A stretch of DNA of 63,777 nucleotides, filler included, from Octopus bimaculoides (taxonomy: Eukaryota): the NCBI RefSeq assembly GCF_001194135.2. It is 5 parts of 4 records of this genome, joined end to end, with 100 filler letters (N's around TTAATTAATTAA, not from the genome) between each part and the next. Parts side by side here need not be neighbours in the genome. Positions count along the whole stretch, not along the records: positions 1 to 9,983 come from NC_068995.1; positions 10,084 to 28,203 come from NC_068982.1; 3 more parts are not named here. One strand, 5' to 3'. The notes below the pieces were generated by a model. It was not told the origin of the DNA. It saw only the letters and a list, made by a program, of their open reading frames with translations, and searched no databases. Positions 1 through 13,658 of the stretch are shown in pieces. The translations under genes were made by a program, and so were the position numbers. Within the stretch, counting starts at the first letter, position 1; each line of letters begins with the position of its first letter.

Positions 1-31
<31 letters not shown>

Positions 32-418
32 TATATATATATACTACATATTATTACAAATACTGTTAATATTATAAATGATACTAAGAATTCAAAAAGA
101 AGTCTTTGTGACTGACATCTTCTGTCAGGAGCTGGCGACAGAAGCAGAATTCATCTTGTAAGGTTGTGTCGCCATTTTTATTGGTAACAATATCTATTTA
201 TCTATGAGAGAAAATCTGTTGGAGTAACCCTGGTTTGAAAACGTACAAACAAGATATATGAAACTTGTAGGAGTTTGGGATCTCATCTGTAATACACGTT
301 TTGAGGGTTACAGGTTATCAGCTGGTGTTAAAAGTGAATTTAGAGTACAAAGACGAGATTGGCGATTATCGGAATGTTCTCGAATAATTTGGACTGGTGT
401 CATCTGTCAGGATGAAGC

Positions 419-420
<2 letters not shown>

Positions 421-481
<61 letters not shown>

Positions 482-485
482 TATC

Positions 486-568
<83 letters not shown>

Positions 569-575
569 CTCTCTC
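421..575. repeat. Compound (ATC)n(CT)n microsatellite. Representative of many (TA)n, (CA)n, (AAT)n and (CATA)n tracts, e.g. 5953-6005, 8174-8295, 23098-23190, 25220-25280
   Basis: Direct reading; most N gaps begin or end in (TA)n/(CA)n. Confidence 0.97.
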
Positions 576-771
576 ACACACACATACATATCTTTTATCT
601 TTTACTTGTTTCAGACTTGAAGAAATTTTAGTAGAATGTGTCGACACCAATACTTAAGTCTGCTACTTGTTCTATCGGTCTCTTTTGCCGAACCGTTAAG
701 TTACAGGGACAAGGATACACCGGTTGTCAAGCGGTAGTGGGTGGACAAACACGGACACAAAGACACACATG

Positions 772-813
<42 letters not shown>

Positions 814-983
814 NNNNNNNNNNNNNNNNNNNNNNNNNNNNNNNNNNNNNNNNNNNNNNNNNNNNNNNNNNNNNNNNNNNNNNNNNNNNNNNNNNNNNNN
901 NNNNNNNNNNNNNNNNNNNNNNNNNNNNNNNNNNNNNNNNNNNNNNNNNNNNNNNNNNNNNNNNNNNNNNNNNNNNNNNNNNN

Positions 984-1056
<73 letters not shown>

Positions 1057-1906
1057 TGTATGTATGTATATATATATATACACGCACACACACACACGCA
1101 CACACACATATATAAATGTTTGTTTTCTTATGTTCACTTAGATAAAAAGTAATTACTCCATACTTTTGATGAATACAAATTATTATCCTTAAAACAGAAC
1201 AGTGTTGACAGTGACTTCGAAATTTCAGCCAGCCAAGCCAGGATGGGACTGCCCAATAATGGCTTGCCTGATCGAAACTTGAAAGTCATGTCAATACTAA
1301 GTCTTCTCAAAGAATTATATATATATATATCTATATATAAATAATTATATATACATATATACTTGTTTATACATATATATACATACATACTATTAAAATG
1401 AAACAAAAAAGGGAATAAATAAATCCAGTTAAATGTTTTCTTAAACACTGTAAGTCTCAAACCTTGTGTTGATGCTGCGTTTTTTCTTTATATATATTCG
1501 TACTTACAAGGACATCCATACACACACGCACTCACATTTATTACATACATCTATGTATATATTACAGAAAGAAAATTCAACTAAATGACTGGGGTATGCG
1601 GTTTGATATTTGTTGGTTAGTAGGTATGTGGTTTGATATTTGTTGGTTAGTAGGTATGTGGTTTTTACATCCAAGAGTTTGGCGGGTAACCGGTGTTGCG
1701 CGTGCTGCTTGCGTTCATCCTCTCTTTTGTTATGGCCTTTGGAGAGACAAATGAAAGAAGGGAAAGGAAAATTGAAGAAAAGAAACGAAAGTCGAATAGA
1801 CTGGAAAGAGAAACAAACCAAATGCATTAGTTTACAGAAATTGATACCTTGGTGGAAACATGGTCCAACGAACATATATATATATATATCTATATATATA
1901 TAAATG

Positions 1907-1937
<31 letters not shown>

Positions 1938-2084
1938 NNNNNNNNNNNNNNNNNNNNNNNNNNNNNNNNNNNNNNNNNNNNNNNNNNNNNNNNNNNNNNN
2001 NNNNNNNNNNNNNNNNNNNNNNNNNNNNNNNNNNNNNNNNNNNNNNNNNNNNNNNNNNNNNNNNNNNNNNNNNNNNNNNNNNNN

Positions 2085-3325
2085 AGGTTAAGTCAAAAGT
2101 CTTTTTCGGATTTTCGTTGGTGATTTTTGGCAACTCGTATCTCCATATTATATCCTTCATTTGAGACAACTTGTCCAAACTGTTGCTGAGTTGTTTGTTC
2201 TTTATCTTCGTATATAACATTAATCGGTTATTTTACAGCTTTGAGAACGGATGGTGAAAAATTAAAAAAAATATATGTGTCAGATTGAGGAACTGTCAAC
2301 TAGCGTGTGGCACAAAAGTTGTTCAGATGTTTCAAGGAAGGTGACACCAGCTTCAAAGACAAAGCAAGGTCAGGGAGACATTCTGTTGTGGAAGATGAGG
2401 CTTTGCTTCAAATGGTTGAACAACAGACAATCGCAGGCACTCGTACATTATTGGCGGAACTTGGTCCTTCACAAAGCACCATCAATCGACATTTTCATAA
2501 GCTCAGCCTTGTGAACAGACGCTGTTGGCAAGTTCCTCGTCAACTGACCAATCACCAGACACAACGATTTGCGAATATTTGCAGACAGCTGCTGGCAAAT
2601 CCTCAAGATGCCCGTTTTTGGCCTTGAATTGTAATTAGGGATGAAGAAATGGATCTATTTTCGTAATCCTAATAAGAGCAATCAGTGGTTTCGTTGTGGA
2701 CAGACTTCCGAACCTGTTGTTCGAACAGAAGGTCATGGTGTATGTTTGGTAGAATTTCGAGGGAGTGTTGCGCTTTGAGCTTGTCCCAAATGGTCAGGCT
2801 TTGAGCGCTGACATTTATGCTCAACGGCCGCAGTGAATATATAGCGCTTTGAAAGCCTGCTCCTTGGCATTGGTCAATCAACGACACACATTCCTATAGC
2901 GTGTTCAATACCCCAGCACACACTGTCAATGTGACTGAGTGCAAAGTTGAGGAATTTGAAGGGCTGGAAGGGCTGCCTCACCTTGCCTACAGTCCAGACC
3001 TTACACCATCGGATTACCACCTTTTCCGAGTTATGGCTCATTTCCTGCACGGACGGAGGATCAGCAGTGCGGATGAGGTTGAAAACTGGTGCACGGAGAC
3101 TTGGGCCTCTAAACCAGCCAAATGGCATTAGCATTAAACGGAGCTTCGGGCATAATGATGACAACAGACAATAGAATTAATGAGGTGTAGGCACCCGGTA
3201 TTTCGTTAGGGAGACAATAGAATACGATCGGATATATATTTTGATGAATAAACGCTTTACAAATGTAATTTGATTGAACAATTAATTAAAGCTTGAAATA
3301 CGAAAAAACGTTTGACTCAACCTGG
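2085..3325 (+). mobile_element. Near full-length mariner (Tc1/mariner) DNA transposon, ~1.24 kb, decayed
   Basis: Imperfect ~30-bp TIRs: aggttaagtcaaaagtctttttcggattttc at 2085, and gaaatacgaaaaaacgtttgactcaacctgg|TA ending 3325. The extreme left end is in the N gap. Encloses transposase remnants. Confidence 0.9.
2290..3160 (+). pseudogene. Mariner transposase pseudogene
   Basis: FRCFKEGDTSFKDKARSGR (HTH), W.VPRQLT (WVPHEL-like), IVIRDE (first D), NTPAH (decayed HDNA.PH), LPHLAYSPDLTPSDYHLF. Multiple stops and frameshifts. Confidence 0.92.
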
Positions 3326-3813
3326 TAAATACTTACAGCGAGTTTTCGATAACGGTTGACGCCGAATATAAGGAAGGTCAAAAGGATCACAACAATTAAC
3401 AGCAACAGTACGGAGATGAGGCAAAAGGCAAAATGGGTGTGTATCTGTAATAACAGAGAAACAGACAATCAATTAAACATATATACAATGATAATCAATG
3501 AATATATAACGATTTTGAATGGGCAAAATTTGCTTGGTTAGAACTAAGAGGATTGGTCCGTTGCTATAGATAGTGTAGTGAACTATATGAGTTGTAAACG
3601 AATGGAATAAACACCTACTCTCTCACCTCTCTTCTCTTATCTGTTCTATTTATATATAAATATGAAAAGAAGTAACATCGCCTATTAGATTCGAACGCCG
3701 CCTCTGCTCTAAACCGTTTATTGTGTGAGCCATTACACTAATGTGATACCATAGTCATTGGTCTCCCAAATTAATGGACTTTAATTAAATAGCTACAATA
3801 ATACACCAGTGAT

Positions 3814-4010
3814 AAGGCGGCGAGCTGGCAGAAACGTTAGGACATCGGGCGAAATGCTTAGCGGTATTTCGTCCGTCTTCACGTTCTCAGTTCAAATGCC
3901 TTTCATCCTTTCGGAGTTGATAAATTAAGTACCAGTTGTATACTGCGGGTGGATCTAATCGACTGGTCCCTCCCCCAAAATTTCGGGCCTTATGCCTAAA
4001 GTAGAAAAGA
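3814..4010 (+). mobile_element. Full-length Nin/Deu-domain SINE with target-site duplication
   Basis: Head aaggcggcgagctggcagaa..ttcaaat; central gcctttcatcctttcgg..gataaattaagtaccag (Deu/Nin-like); 16-17-bp direct repeat (a)ataatacaccagtgat at 3797-3813 and 4010-4026. Confidence 0.85.
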
Positions 4011-4919
4011 ATAATACACCAGTGATGTGTCAACGAAGAGTCTCAGTCCACACAGTATTCGAGTTATAGTGTTACTCTCTCTCTCTCCCTCCCCCTTCTC
4101 TCTGTCTGTGTATGTTATGTGTGCATTTGTACAAAAGTGCCACAAAAAAGTTTATACTTACATACTCGTCTGTATCCTGCAATAAAACAGCAAAGTGAAA
4201 TATTTAATTTTGGATATAATTTAATCTATCTATCTTCACAGACACACACACACACTCACACACACACACACTCACACATACACACACACTCACACATACA
4301 CACACATACGCACAAATGAACCAAGTGAAATAACTCAATCGGCCATTGACATGTAGTTAAACAACATAGATGCACACAGGTTACACCGAATACCATACGA
4401 CATAAATTCTTGCCTTATTAAAATCCTCTTCGCCCGCAGAAGATGTGCTACAATTGCTGAATGGCAAAGAAGGTCAGCTCCACATAAGAACAGGAGATAA
4501 TTACAAGAATCAGGAATTCTTGAATGCTAACTTACCATTAAGGAGAAGGAGAAAGAAAATAAGAGGACAATTGTAGAACACGTGTTTCTGCCTTGATAGG
4601 CGTCATCGATTTGACAATTGTTTCAGTCTATCTCCAGCAGCCACCCTTCTCATATGGAGGTGTTCTCAATTGCTATTTGTTTATTGTGACCCATCGAGGT
4701 CTTTGTACTGCTTGCTCCGCCGCTTTATATACTGGGGTCGATTCTTCTTCCTTTATCTAAGCCTTTCATTCGGTTTGTCTATTTCTCTCATTGTTGAAGG
4801 AATCGAGTGGAGTCAGAGCCGGACAGGAATCAGCTCTGCCAAGTCTAAAAAATCTCGGCAACAAGCCGTACGACACGATGGCACCCTTATATTCTAGCCA
4901 TCGGGGCCCAAAGGCATAG

Positions 4920-4985
<66 letters not shown>

Positions 4986-5740
4986 NNNNNNNNNNNNNNN
5001 NNNNNNNNNNNNNNNNNNNNNNNNNNNNNNNNNNNNNNNNNNNNNNNNNNNNNNNNNNNNNNNNNNNNNNNNNNNNNNNNNNNNNNNNNNNNNNNNNNNN
5101 NNNNNNNNNNNNNNNNNNNNNNNNNNNNNNNNNNNNNNNNNNNNNNNNNNNNNNNNNNNNNNNNNNNNNNNNNNNNNNNNNNNNNNNNNNNNNNNNNNNN
5201 NNNNNNNNNNNNNNNNNNNNNNNNNNNNNNNNNNNNNNNNNNNNNNNNNAAAAAAAAAAAAAAAAAAAAAAGAAATTTTGCAAAATTTTTATTAGCAGAT
5301 TTAGCGTTTGTGAACTACGGAAGGGTATATATGATGTACCACAGGCATGGTATAGAGGTGTTAAAATGCAGTTTTGTTAGTATTAAAAGATGAGCAAATG
5401 GATGAAAAAAAAACAACAAAATGCTCAGTATGCTACCAACAGGTGAAAACTATAAAGAAGCTTTTGAAAGATACGCGATGTGCGTTAGTATTGAAATATA
5501 GAAAGCGCGTCGGTTCTAGTGCATTGTCAGAACTATAGTTGAAGACTATTAGGCTCGAAGGTTCTTACTAAAATAGGGTTTATTAAAGGAAGCGTACAAG
5601 TGTTGTAGTACAGGAGGCAAGGGTGTCAGCTGTGCCCTACTAAATTACTAAAACATTTGGTATGAATATAGAAAGAGGAAACACACTACATACCTTTCTG
5701 AATTCCTACAAGAAAATAAAAACAACAATAATTATAAAAA

Positions 5741-5950
5741 TGGTTTCAAATTTTAGCACAAGGCCAGCAGTTTCAAGATGGGGAGGGAAAGTCAATTACA
5801 TCGATCCTAGTACTTAACTGTTACTCATTTTTATCGATTTCGAAAGGGTGAAAGATAAAGTGGTGGCATTTGAACTCAGAGCGTAAAGACCGACCAAATG
5901 CCGCCAAGCATTTTGTCCGCCGCACTAACAATTCTGCCAGTTCGCTGCCA
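5741..5950 (-). mobile_element. Nin/Deu-domain SINE copy
   Basis: Reverse-complement match to the 3814 copy; abuts (AAT)n. Confidence 0.8.
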
Positions 5951-5958
5951 CAATAATG

Positions 5959-6006
<48 letters not shown>

Positions 6007-7458
6007 TACATGCATGTGTGTGCATATATATATATAGATATACCATAAGTTTAGACATACACACACACACACATATGCATGTATGTTTACACACACATAT
6101 GCATGTATGTTTAATAGTATATCTACATATGGGGAACAATCTCTCATTTATGCATGTTTCACTAAAAGAACGACTATGTTCAAGTTTTATCTTTTACTAT
6201 TTATCTTTCATCCTTCTTTCTTGGATTTTTGCAGTTAGTTTGGAGCAATAGAGTTTCTAAGTCCATATCCGACCTTCTCACCCTTACTATTAGGAATTCT
6301 ATTGAATATATTCAGAGGCTGTAATGTCTCTTTTATACAGATTGAATTCGTAGAGGCTTTTATTATGACCGCTGACTTTATTCGTCAACAATCGAGTGAC
6401 AGGTTTTGCTAAGAAAATATGAAAGATGTCTAGGATAAAAATGATGAAGCTTAAAAATAGTCGTGTATTTAATGAAACACACATACATAGACTCCCCCAC
6501 ACGCACACACTCACACATACATACACACATACGCAGTCATGTGTGTTATGCTCGCATTTCATATGTCTTATTTTGAGTAAATTGTGTATATTCAAATGTG
6601 TGTCTGTATGTTTCGAGTTGTGTGTTTGTGTGGGTATATGTGTATATGCGCGCGCGCGTGTGTTTGCGTGTGTGTATATATGTGTGTGTACAGATAATGT
6701 TAAAAAAGGAATTTAAAGAAATGTCAACTTACGTCTGCCAAGTAACAGAATAAACAAAATGAGACAAGTGCCAAAATGTCTGCCACAATGACCAACACCA
6801 ACAGATGAGTAGCCTAGAACAATGGAATTTCCATATACATACATTATTAATATAAAGCTCTGTATATATATATATATATATATATNNNNNNNNNNNNNNN
6901 NNNNNNNNNNNNNNNNNNNNNNNNNNNNNNNNNNNNNNNNNNNNNNNNNNNNNNNNNNNNNNNNNNNNNNNNNNNNNNNNNNNNNNNNNNNNNNNNNNNN
7001 NNNNNNNNNNNNNNNNNNNNNNNNNNNNNNNNNNNNNNNNNNNNNNNNNNNNNNNNNNNNNNNNNNNNNNNNNNNNNNNNNNNNNNNNNNNNNNNNNNNN
7101 NNNNNNNNNNNNNNNNNNNNNNNNNNNNNNNNNNNNNNNNNNNNNNNNNNNNNNNNNNNNNNNNNNNNNNNNNNNNNNNNNNNNNNNNNNNNNNNNNNNN
7201 NNNNNNNNNNNNNNNNNNNNNNNNNNNNNNNNNNNNNNNNNNNNNNNNNNNNNNNNNNNNNNNNNNNNNNNNNNNNNNNNNNNNNNNNNNNNNNNNNNNN
7301 NNNNNNNNNNNNNNNNNNNNNNNNNNNNNNNNNNNNNNNNNNNNNNNNNNNNNNNNNNNNNNNNNNNNNNNNNNNNNNNNNNNNNNNNNNNNNNNNNNNN
7401 NNNNNNNNNNNNNNNNNNNNNNNNNNNNNNNNNNNNNNNNNNNNNNNNNNNNNNNNNN

Positions 7459-7501
<43 letters not shown>

Positions 7502-7958
7502 CATATGCATGTATATATGTGTGTGTGTATATATATGTATGTACACACATACCTCATACTTGAAAGGGAGAGTGGTTGAGAGAGTGAAAGAGAGTATAAC
7601 CCAATATATTTATTAAAGCTTATTTCTAAATAATAACCTTCAATCCGACATTACTCCGAGTTTCACTCTTCAACCTTAAGCACATTAGCTGTTTGTGTTA
7701 TGGTTCTTTATACAACACCATTTACAACTCCACAAGCGTAACTCTTTGAGCGGGTTGACTGAGAAATGTAAGCAGGTACAATTTGCTCCTTGGCGATGAC
7801 GAATGATTGAGCAATAAGGGAATGGTGACAAGACTAGCTGACTTTAACGTTGTTAGTATTGAAGAGGTCATTATACCTGTGCATTTTAAGTATTTGAACC
7901 CAGAACGTAAAGATCCGGAACGAATACTGCAAGGCATTTGAACTCAGAATAAGTAATG

Positions 7959-8172
7959 ATCCTTCTTACTATAGGCACAAAGCCTGAATTTTGTGGAGAG
8001 GGGGATAGTCGATCACATTGACCCCACTACTCAATTAGTACTTAATTTATCGACCCTAAAAGGTTGAAAGGCAAAGTCGACTCTGGCAGAATTTGAACTC
8101 AGAACGTAGCGACAGACGAAATACTGCTAAGCATTTCGTCCAGCGTGCTAACGATTTTGCCAGCCCGTCGAC
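7959..8172 (-). mobile_element. Nin/Deu-domain SINE copy (fragments also at ~7900-7950 and ~8412-8465)
   Basis: ggcaaagtcgactctggcagaatttgaactcagaacgtag...; abuts (AAT)n(AGT)n. Confidence 0.82.
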
Positions 8173-8295
<123 letters not shown>

Positions 8296-9419
8296 ATGTC
8301 ATGCTGGTTACTTACATTGTCCACAAGGGACCTCAAGATCTTGAGACCAGCGAGAACGATGGTCGCACCGATTATAGCAAGCTGAAAATAAATATATTGA
8401 AGAGTAATATGCTTTCTACGAAAGGCACAAGGCCTGAAATTTTGTGGGAGGGAATCGGTCAATTACTCACTGCCTTGTAATATTGAAGTGTAATATCAGT
8501 ATAAACATGTGTGTGGTGGTAACTCTCTATACGCTGACACAGCCTGTTAGATATAGCAGCCAAATTTTTTCTCAAACGCTACCATCTTAGCCAAATTTAT
8601 GTGGTACCTCGGTCTGTTCTCACAAGCACACTATAGAACCTCACAACATCCTTTCGCTTCTTCACTGCACTAGTTGTACACGCGTCTCCAGAGTCACACA
8701 GCATAGTATATCTTCGTTACGTACTACATACTTGTCGAACTGACTTTATTGCCAAGTGACACTTCCACACATCATGTAATTATTGTCTCAATACAGCTGC
8801 ACGCAAACATCATGGTCTCCTTATCATAGTCCCACAATACCACACAACCAACGCGTGTCTACACAACAGGACTCAGCCACAATGCCACTCCATTTCACGT
8901 ATATGAACTGCCTTATAAGATGTCACCACTGCTACATCACCCAATAAATGCAGTGGAGCAGGACAAGAGGGAGAAAAAGACAGTGAAAGAGGGAAAGAGA
9001 GAAAGGAAAGACGCCAAGAGAAGAAGAAGAAAAAGAAGATANNNNNNNNNNNNNNNNNNNNNNNNNNNNNNNNNNNNNNNNNNNNNNNNNNNNNNNNNNN
9101 NNNNNNNNNNNNNNNNNNNNNNNNNNNNNNNNNNNNNNNNNNNNNNNNNNNNNNNNNNNNNNNNNNNNNNNNNNNNNNNNNNNNNNNNNNNNNNNNNNNN
9201 NNNNNNNNNNNNNNNNNNNNNNNNNNNNNNNNNNNNNNNNNNNNNNNNNNNNNNNNNNNNNNNNNNNNNNNNNNNNNNNNNNNNNNNNNNNNNNNNNNNN
9301 NNNNNNNNNNNNNNNNNNNNNNNNNNNNNNNNNNNNNNNNNNNNNNNNNNNNNNNNNNNNNNNNNNNNNNNNNNNNNNNNNNNNNNNNNNNNNNNNNNNN
9401 NNNNNNNNNNNNNNNNNNA

Positions 9420-9850
9420 CACGACCCTGAGCCTTGAAGTAAGATGTAGTTTTAAGGTCTAAAAAGGCAAGGAAAATAATTTTAGGTTTTAGAGTCCCGT
9501 GGTATGATCAAGCCTACAACTAGAAGCGTGTCATGCACGAGAGCCTTTTGCAGGATTCCAGGAAGAAAGAGTGGCAGTCATAGCTTTTCGCAGTCGAGGT
9601 TGGCAGCAGAGGATTCCCTATCCAGTCGGTATGGAGGAGTGAGAAGAAAAGAGCATCCGGTGAGTAGAATGGGAGAGGCCACAGAAAGACTCTCTGCTGG
9701 TTATGGAGTAAGGGAGAGGAGTTAATGTAGAAGCCAGGGGATGATGATGAGCTGTGATTTGGCCACCTCTGCAGTCCACCGGAAGGGTGTAACGGCCCAG
9801 GGTAAAAAAAACCAATGCCCCTTGGATACCGTCTGATGACATCAGTTCCT
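9420..9850 (-). mobile_element. Probable degenerate non-LTR retrotransposon (AP-endonuclease region) fragment
   Basis: Minus translation ...FYSPD..LLHTDWIG...LDL.TT loosely resembles CR1/Jockey-type endonuclease motifs; higher GC than flanks. Confidence 0.3.
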
Positions 9851-9932
9851 CCTGCCCGAATTTCCATTCACTTTGGTGAGTGGGAGAGAAGCAATTTCTA
9901 GGTGGGATTAATATCAGATACATTGACAGGCA

Positions 9933-9983
<51 letters not shown>

Positions 9984-10083
9984 NNNNNNNNNNNNNNNNN
10001 NNNNNNNNNNNNNNNNNNNNNNNNNNNTTAATTAATTAANNNNNNNNNNNNNNNNNNNNNNNNNNNNNNNNNNNNNNNNNNNN
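9984..10083. other. Artificial scaffold linker N44-TTAATTAATTAA-N44 (also 28204-28303, 56233-56332, 61499-61598)
   Basis: Identical 100-nt structure four times; the 12-mer gives stops in all six frames. Confidence 0.95.
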
Positions 10084-11556
10084 CAACGCAACTTTCACCC
10101 AACGTCAAAACAAAGACCTTCATTTTATTAGGAAATTCGGGTCAAGTTTAAACACCCTTAGCCAGTAACATTAAAATCATATATTAGTTATTACGGTCAC
10201 TACTACTACTACTACTATTAAGGTCACTACTAACAATCTCTGCTACTACTATCACTACTACTGCAGCTGCCGCTGCTTCTGCTGTTACTACTGCTACTGT
10301 TATAACGGTTACTACTACTGCTCCTATTTCGGTCACTACTACAGCTACTGCTGCCTCTGCTGCTGCTTCTGCTGCTGCTTCTGCTGCTGCTGCTGCTTGT
10401 GCTGCTTCCACGCCTACCACTACAACCAATTAACTACTGCTACGGACACGGACAGAGGTCACTGCCATTTACAATTACCAACAGGGTCACTACTACTACT
10501 ACAACCAACAAAAACTGTCCCCACGTGAACTATTAACACCAGTAAGGAACAATTACGAACTCTTCATTTAATTTCATTTTTTTTAAATATGTATTTTTGA
10601 TAAGGTTCGTTTTTACAAGAACCGAAACATGTTAAAAATATCTCTGACAAAATTTTAAATTAAAATTCANNNNNNNNNNNNNNNNNNNNNNNNNNNNNNN
10701 NNNNNNNNNNNNNNNNNNNNNNNNNNNNNNNNNNNNNNNNNNNNNNNNNNNNNNNNNNNNNNNNNNNNNNNNNNNNNNNNNNNNNNNNNNNNNNNNNNNN
10801 NNNNNNNNNNNNNNNNNNNNNNNNNNNNNNNNNNNNNNNNNNNNNNNNNNTATATATATATATATATATTTATATATACATACATATGTATATGCACGTG
10901 TTTATATACGATGAAATGTGTTTATAAAATATAATTATATTAGTGACTTATTCCTCTACGTTCTTATATAATCTCGATCACATTTCTGCTGGAAGCATTA
11001 ATTTTATTCAAATCCTTTGAATTTATCAATATTGTTGCTATCCTCGCTGGACAGAAGCAATCGATCTTCGCGTAGAGATTCACCGATGCTTAAAATAAAG
11101 GCAATCTCTATCTCTTACAGATGATTGTTTATAACATAGTTTTCTTTACTTTTCTTCCCTTCCCTTTCGTATTTCTTTTCTTATTTTTCCATCACTCATA
11201 TCTTCCGTCCCCCCCCCCATTTCCCATGATTTTTTTTCACACAATGGTTTCGTATTTCACTTATTTTTTGTGTGCTAATACAAATAGTTTAAACGCCATG
11301 ATTTCACTGAAGCGAATAGACAGTTGAATGTGATGCTCGGAAATTAGACTAGGAATCAGATGACATTTCATTTAATGTGTGTATGCGGAATTCATGATAG
11401 ATGAAACAAAATAAATAAAATTACCCTCATAGATATTTCGATATATATTTATTGGCAACGAAATAGATTTCATTCCCCCAACAGTATCAAGGTTGTGTTT
11501 GTGTGGTTGCGTGTGGGTATGTGTGTGTGTGCGTGCGTGTACGTGTGTGCGTGTGT

Positions 11557-11590
<34 letters not shown>

Positions 11591-13611
11591 ATATATTTTT
11601 ACATACGTGCATGTATATATATATATATATAACGTATGTCGAGGGATATGACAATCAAGGAAGAACCTTAAATGGAAGTCTTATTTAACAGACATTGGTT
11701 CAACCTCAGCATCAGTCACAGATTTAATATGTCGAGGAACTGACGTATAGTTTCTGATTGGTTGTTCGGGGAATTTTCATTCATTCTTTAAATGGTCACC
11801 ACTGGAACTCATTCAGTGACAATGCCAAAGAGAAGACGAACCCTGCTTGCTGTTCCAAAAAGCCCCCTAAATCTTCGGGTATATAGATTGTATTTGGGTC
11901 CAGTGATTGTCGCGGCCAATATATAAGTCGACTTCGCTTTTGAGCTATTCCTACGAATTTAGATTTTCATTGGCTGTGTGAATATGAAGATTATCATCAC
12001 GACAATGAGGAAACAATATTCATCACATAGAATGCACAAGGTCAAGGAAGATACATAACCGTTGACGTTAACACGTACAGCAGCAAAAATGATTAAGAGG
12101 ATTCCTTGATACTGCTGCCCATGTAGTCACAGAGACAGTTCAATGTTTTATGTTAGCAGTCTCAAATTCAGAGATAGCGGTATCTTTATGCTTCCAGACA
12201 TAAATTGGTCGGGAAATTGAAAAACTGTGAATGACGATTCATAAGAAGTCACGACATTGTACCACTGAGCAATTGACTCCTATTAAAAGTTTAGCCGCCA
12301 TTTTCTGCTTATCTTTCTTGATCAGGAAGTGAAGTAGCAACAACAGTCATTCCTAAGAAGCCATCAAGTTATGACAAAAGATTTTGGTTGACACATGTAG
12401 GGCAAGCTATAGTTTTTAGATGCATTGCGATTGTATTAGACGCAATACCTTTCATAATTGGTTCTCATTCGCTATGAGATTTGCCTGATCTCCAGAACTG
12501 TCTTCACCAGAGCTGTGTTGCCATGGTCTCGAATGGCCCTTTAGAAAGAGTAAGGCTAGAAACATTAAGTATTTCAACAATTTAATGACTGTGTCTCCCA
12601 CCATCTGAACCTGAACTACTCTTTGAAAATAAAGCAGTTCAAGCATTTTAATTGATACAATTATAAATATTCCCAAAAGTGTAAAAGCAGATAACTGTAT
12701 TATTATGTTCAAGGCGTATGTAATGCATATAAATGTATCTATACACAATACTGCCATATTGGTAATAGCAAAAACAAAAAAGAAAAGGAAGAGACAGAAA
12801 ATACTTTTATTAAAACGTGTATAGTCCTTATTTTCATAAGTATATGTATATATATATATATGCACACACACTTACAATCACATACACAAACACACACACA
12901 GGCATATATATATATATATATATNNNNNNNNNNNNNNNNNNNNNNNNNNNNNNNNNNNNNNNNNNNNNNNNNNNNNNNNNNNNNNNNNNNNNNNNNNNNN
13001 NNNNNNNNNNNNNNNNNNNNNNNNNNNNNNNNNNNNNNNNNNNNNNNNNNNNNNNNNNNNNNNNNNNNNNNNNNNNNNNNNNNNNNNNNNNNNNNNNNNN
13101 NNNNNNNNNNNNNNNNNNNNNNNNNNNNNNNNNNNNNNNNNNNNNNNNNNNNNNNNNNNNNNNNNNNNNNNNNNNNNNNNNNNNNNNNNNNNNNNNNNNN
13201 NNNNNNNNNNNNNNNNNNNNNNNNNNNNNNNNNNNNNNNNNNNNNNNNNNNNNNNNNNNNNNNNNNNNNNNNNNNNNNNNNNNNNNNNNNNNNNNNNNNN
13301 NNNNNNNNNNNNNNNNNNNNNNNNNNNNNNNNNNNNNNNNNNNNNNNNNNNNNNNNNNNNNNNNNNNNNNNNNNNNNNNNNNNNNNNNNNNNNNNNNNNN
13401 NNNNNNNNNNNNNNNNNNNNNNNNNNNNNNNNNNNNNNNNNNNNNNNNNNNNNNNNNNNNNNNNNNNNNNNNNNNNNNNNNNNNNNNNNNNNNNNNNNNN
13501 NNNNNNNNNNNNNNNNNNNNNNNNNNNNNNNNNNNNNNNNNNNNNNNNNNNNNNNNNNNNNNNNNNNNNNNNNNNNNNATATATGTGTGTGTGTTTGTGT
13601 ATCCGTATGTG

Positions 13612-13658
<47 letters not shown>

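Noticed and set aside
100-420. Short coding-looking stretches on both strands near the window start
   Set aside because: All frames stop within ~35 codons and show no recognisable homology.
1593-1663. 30-bp tandem duplication (also 28-bp at ~38183-38222 and 22-bp at ~6066-6112)
   Set aside because: Ordinary local slippage duplications with no further structure.
10028-10039. TTAATTAATTAA palindrome seen four times (10028, 28248, 56277, 61543)
   Set aside because: Always centred in exactly 44+44 Ns; it is an assembly linker, not biology.
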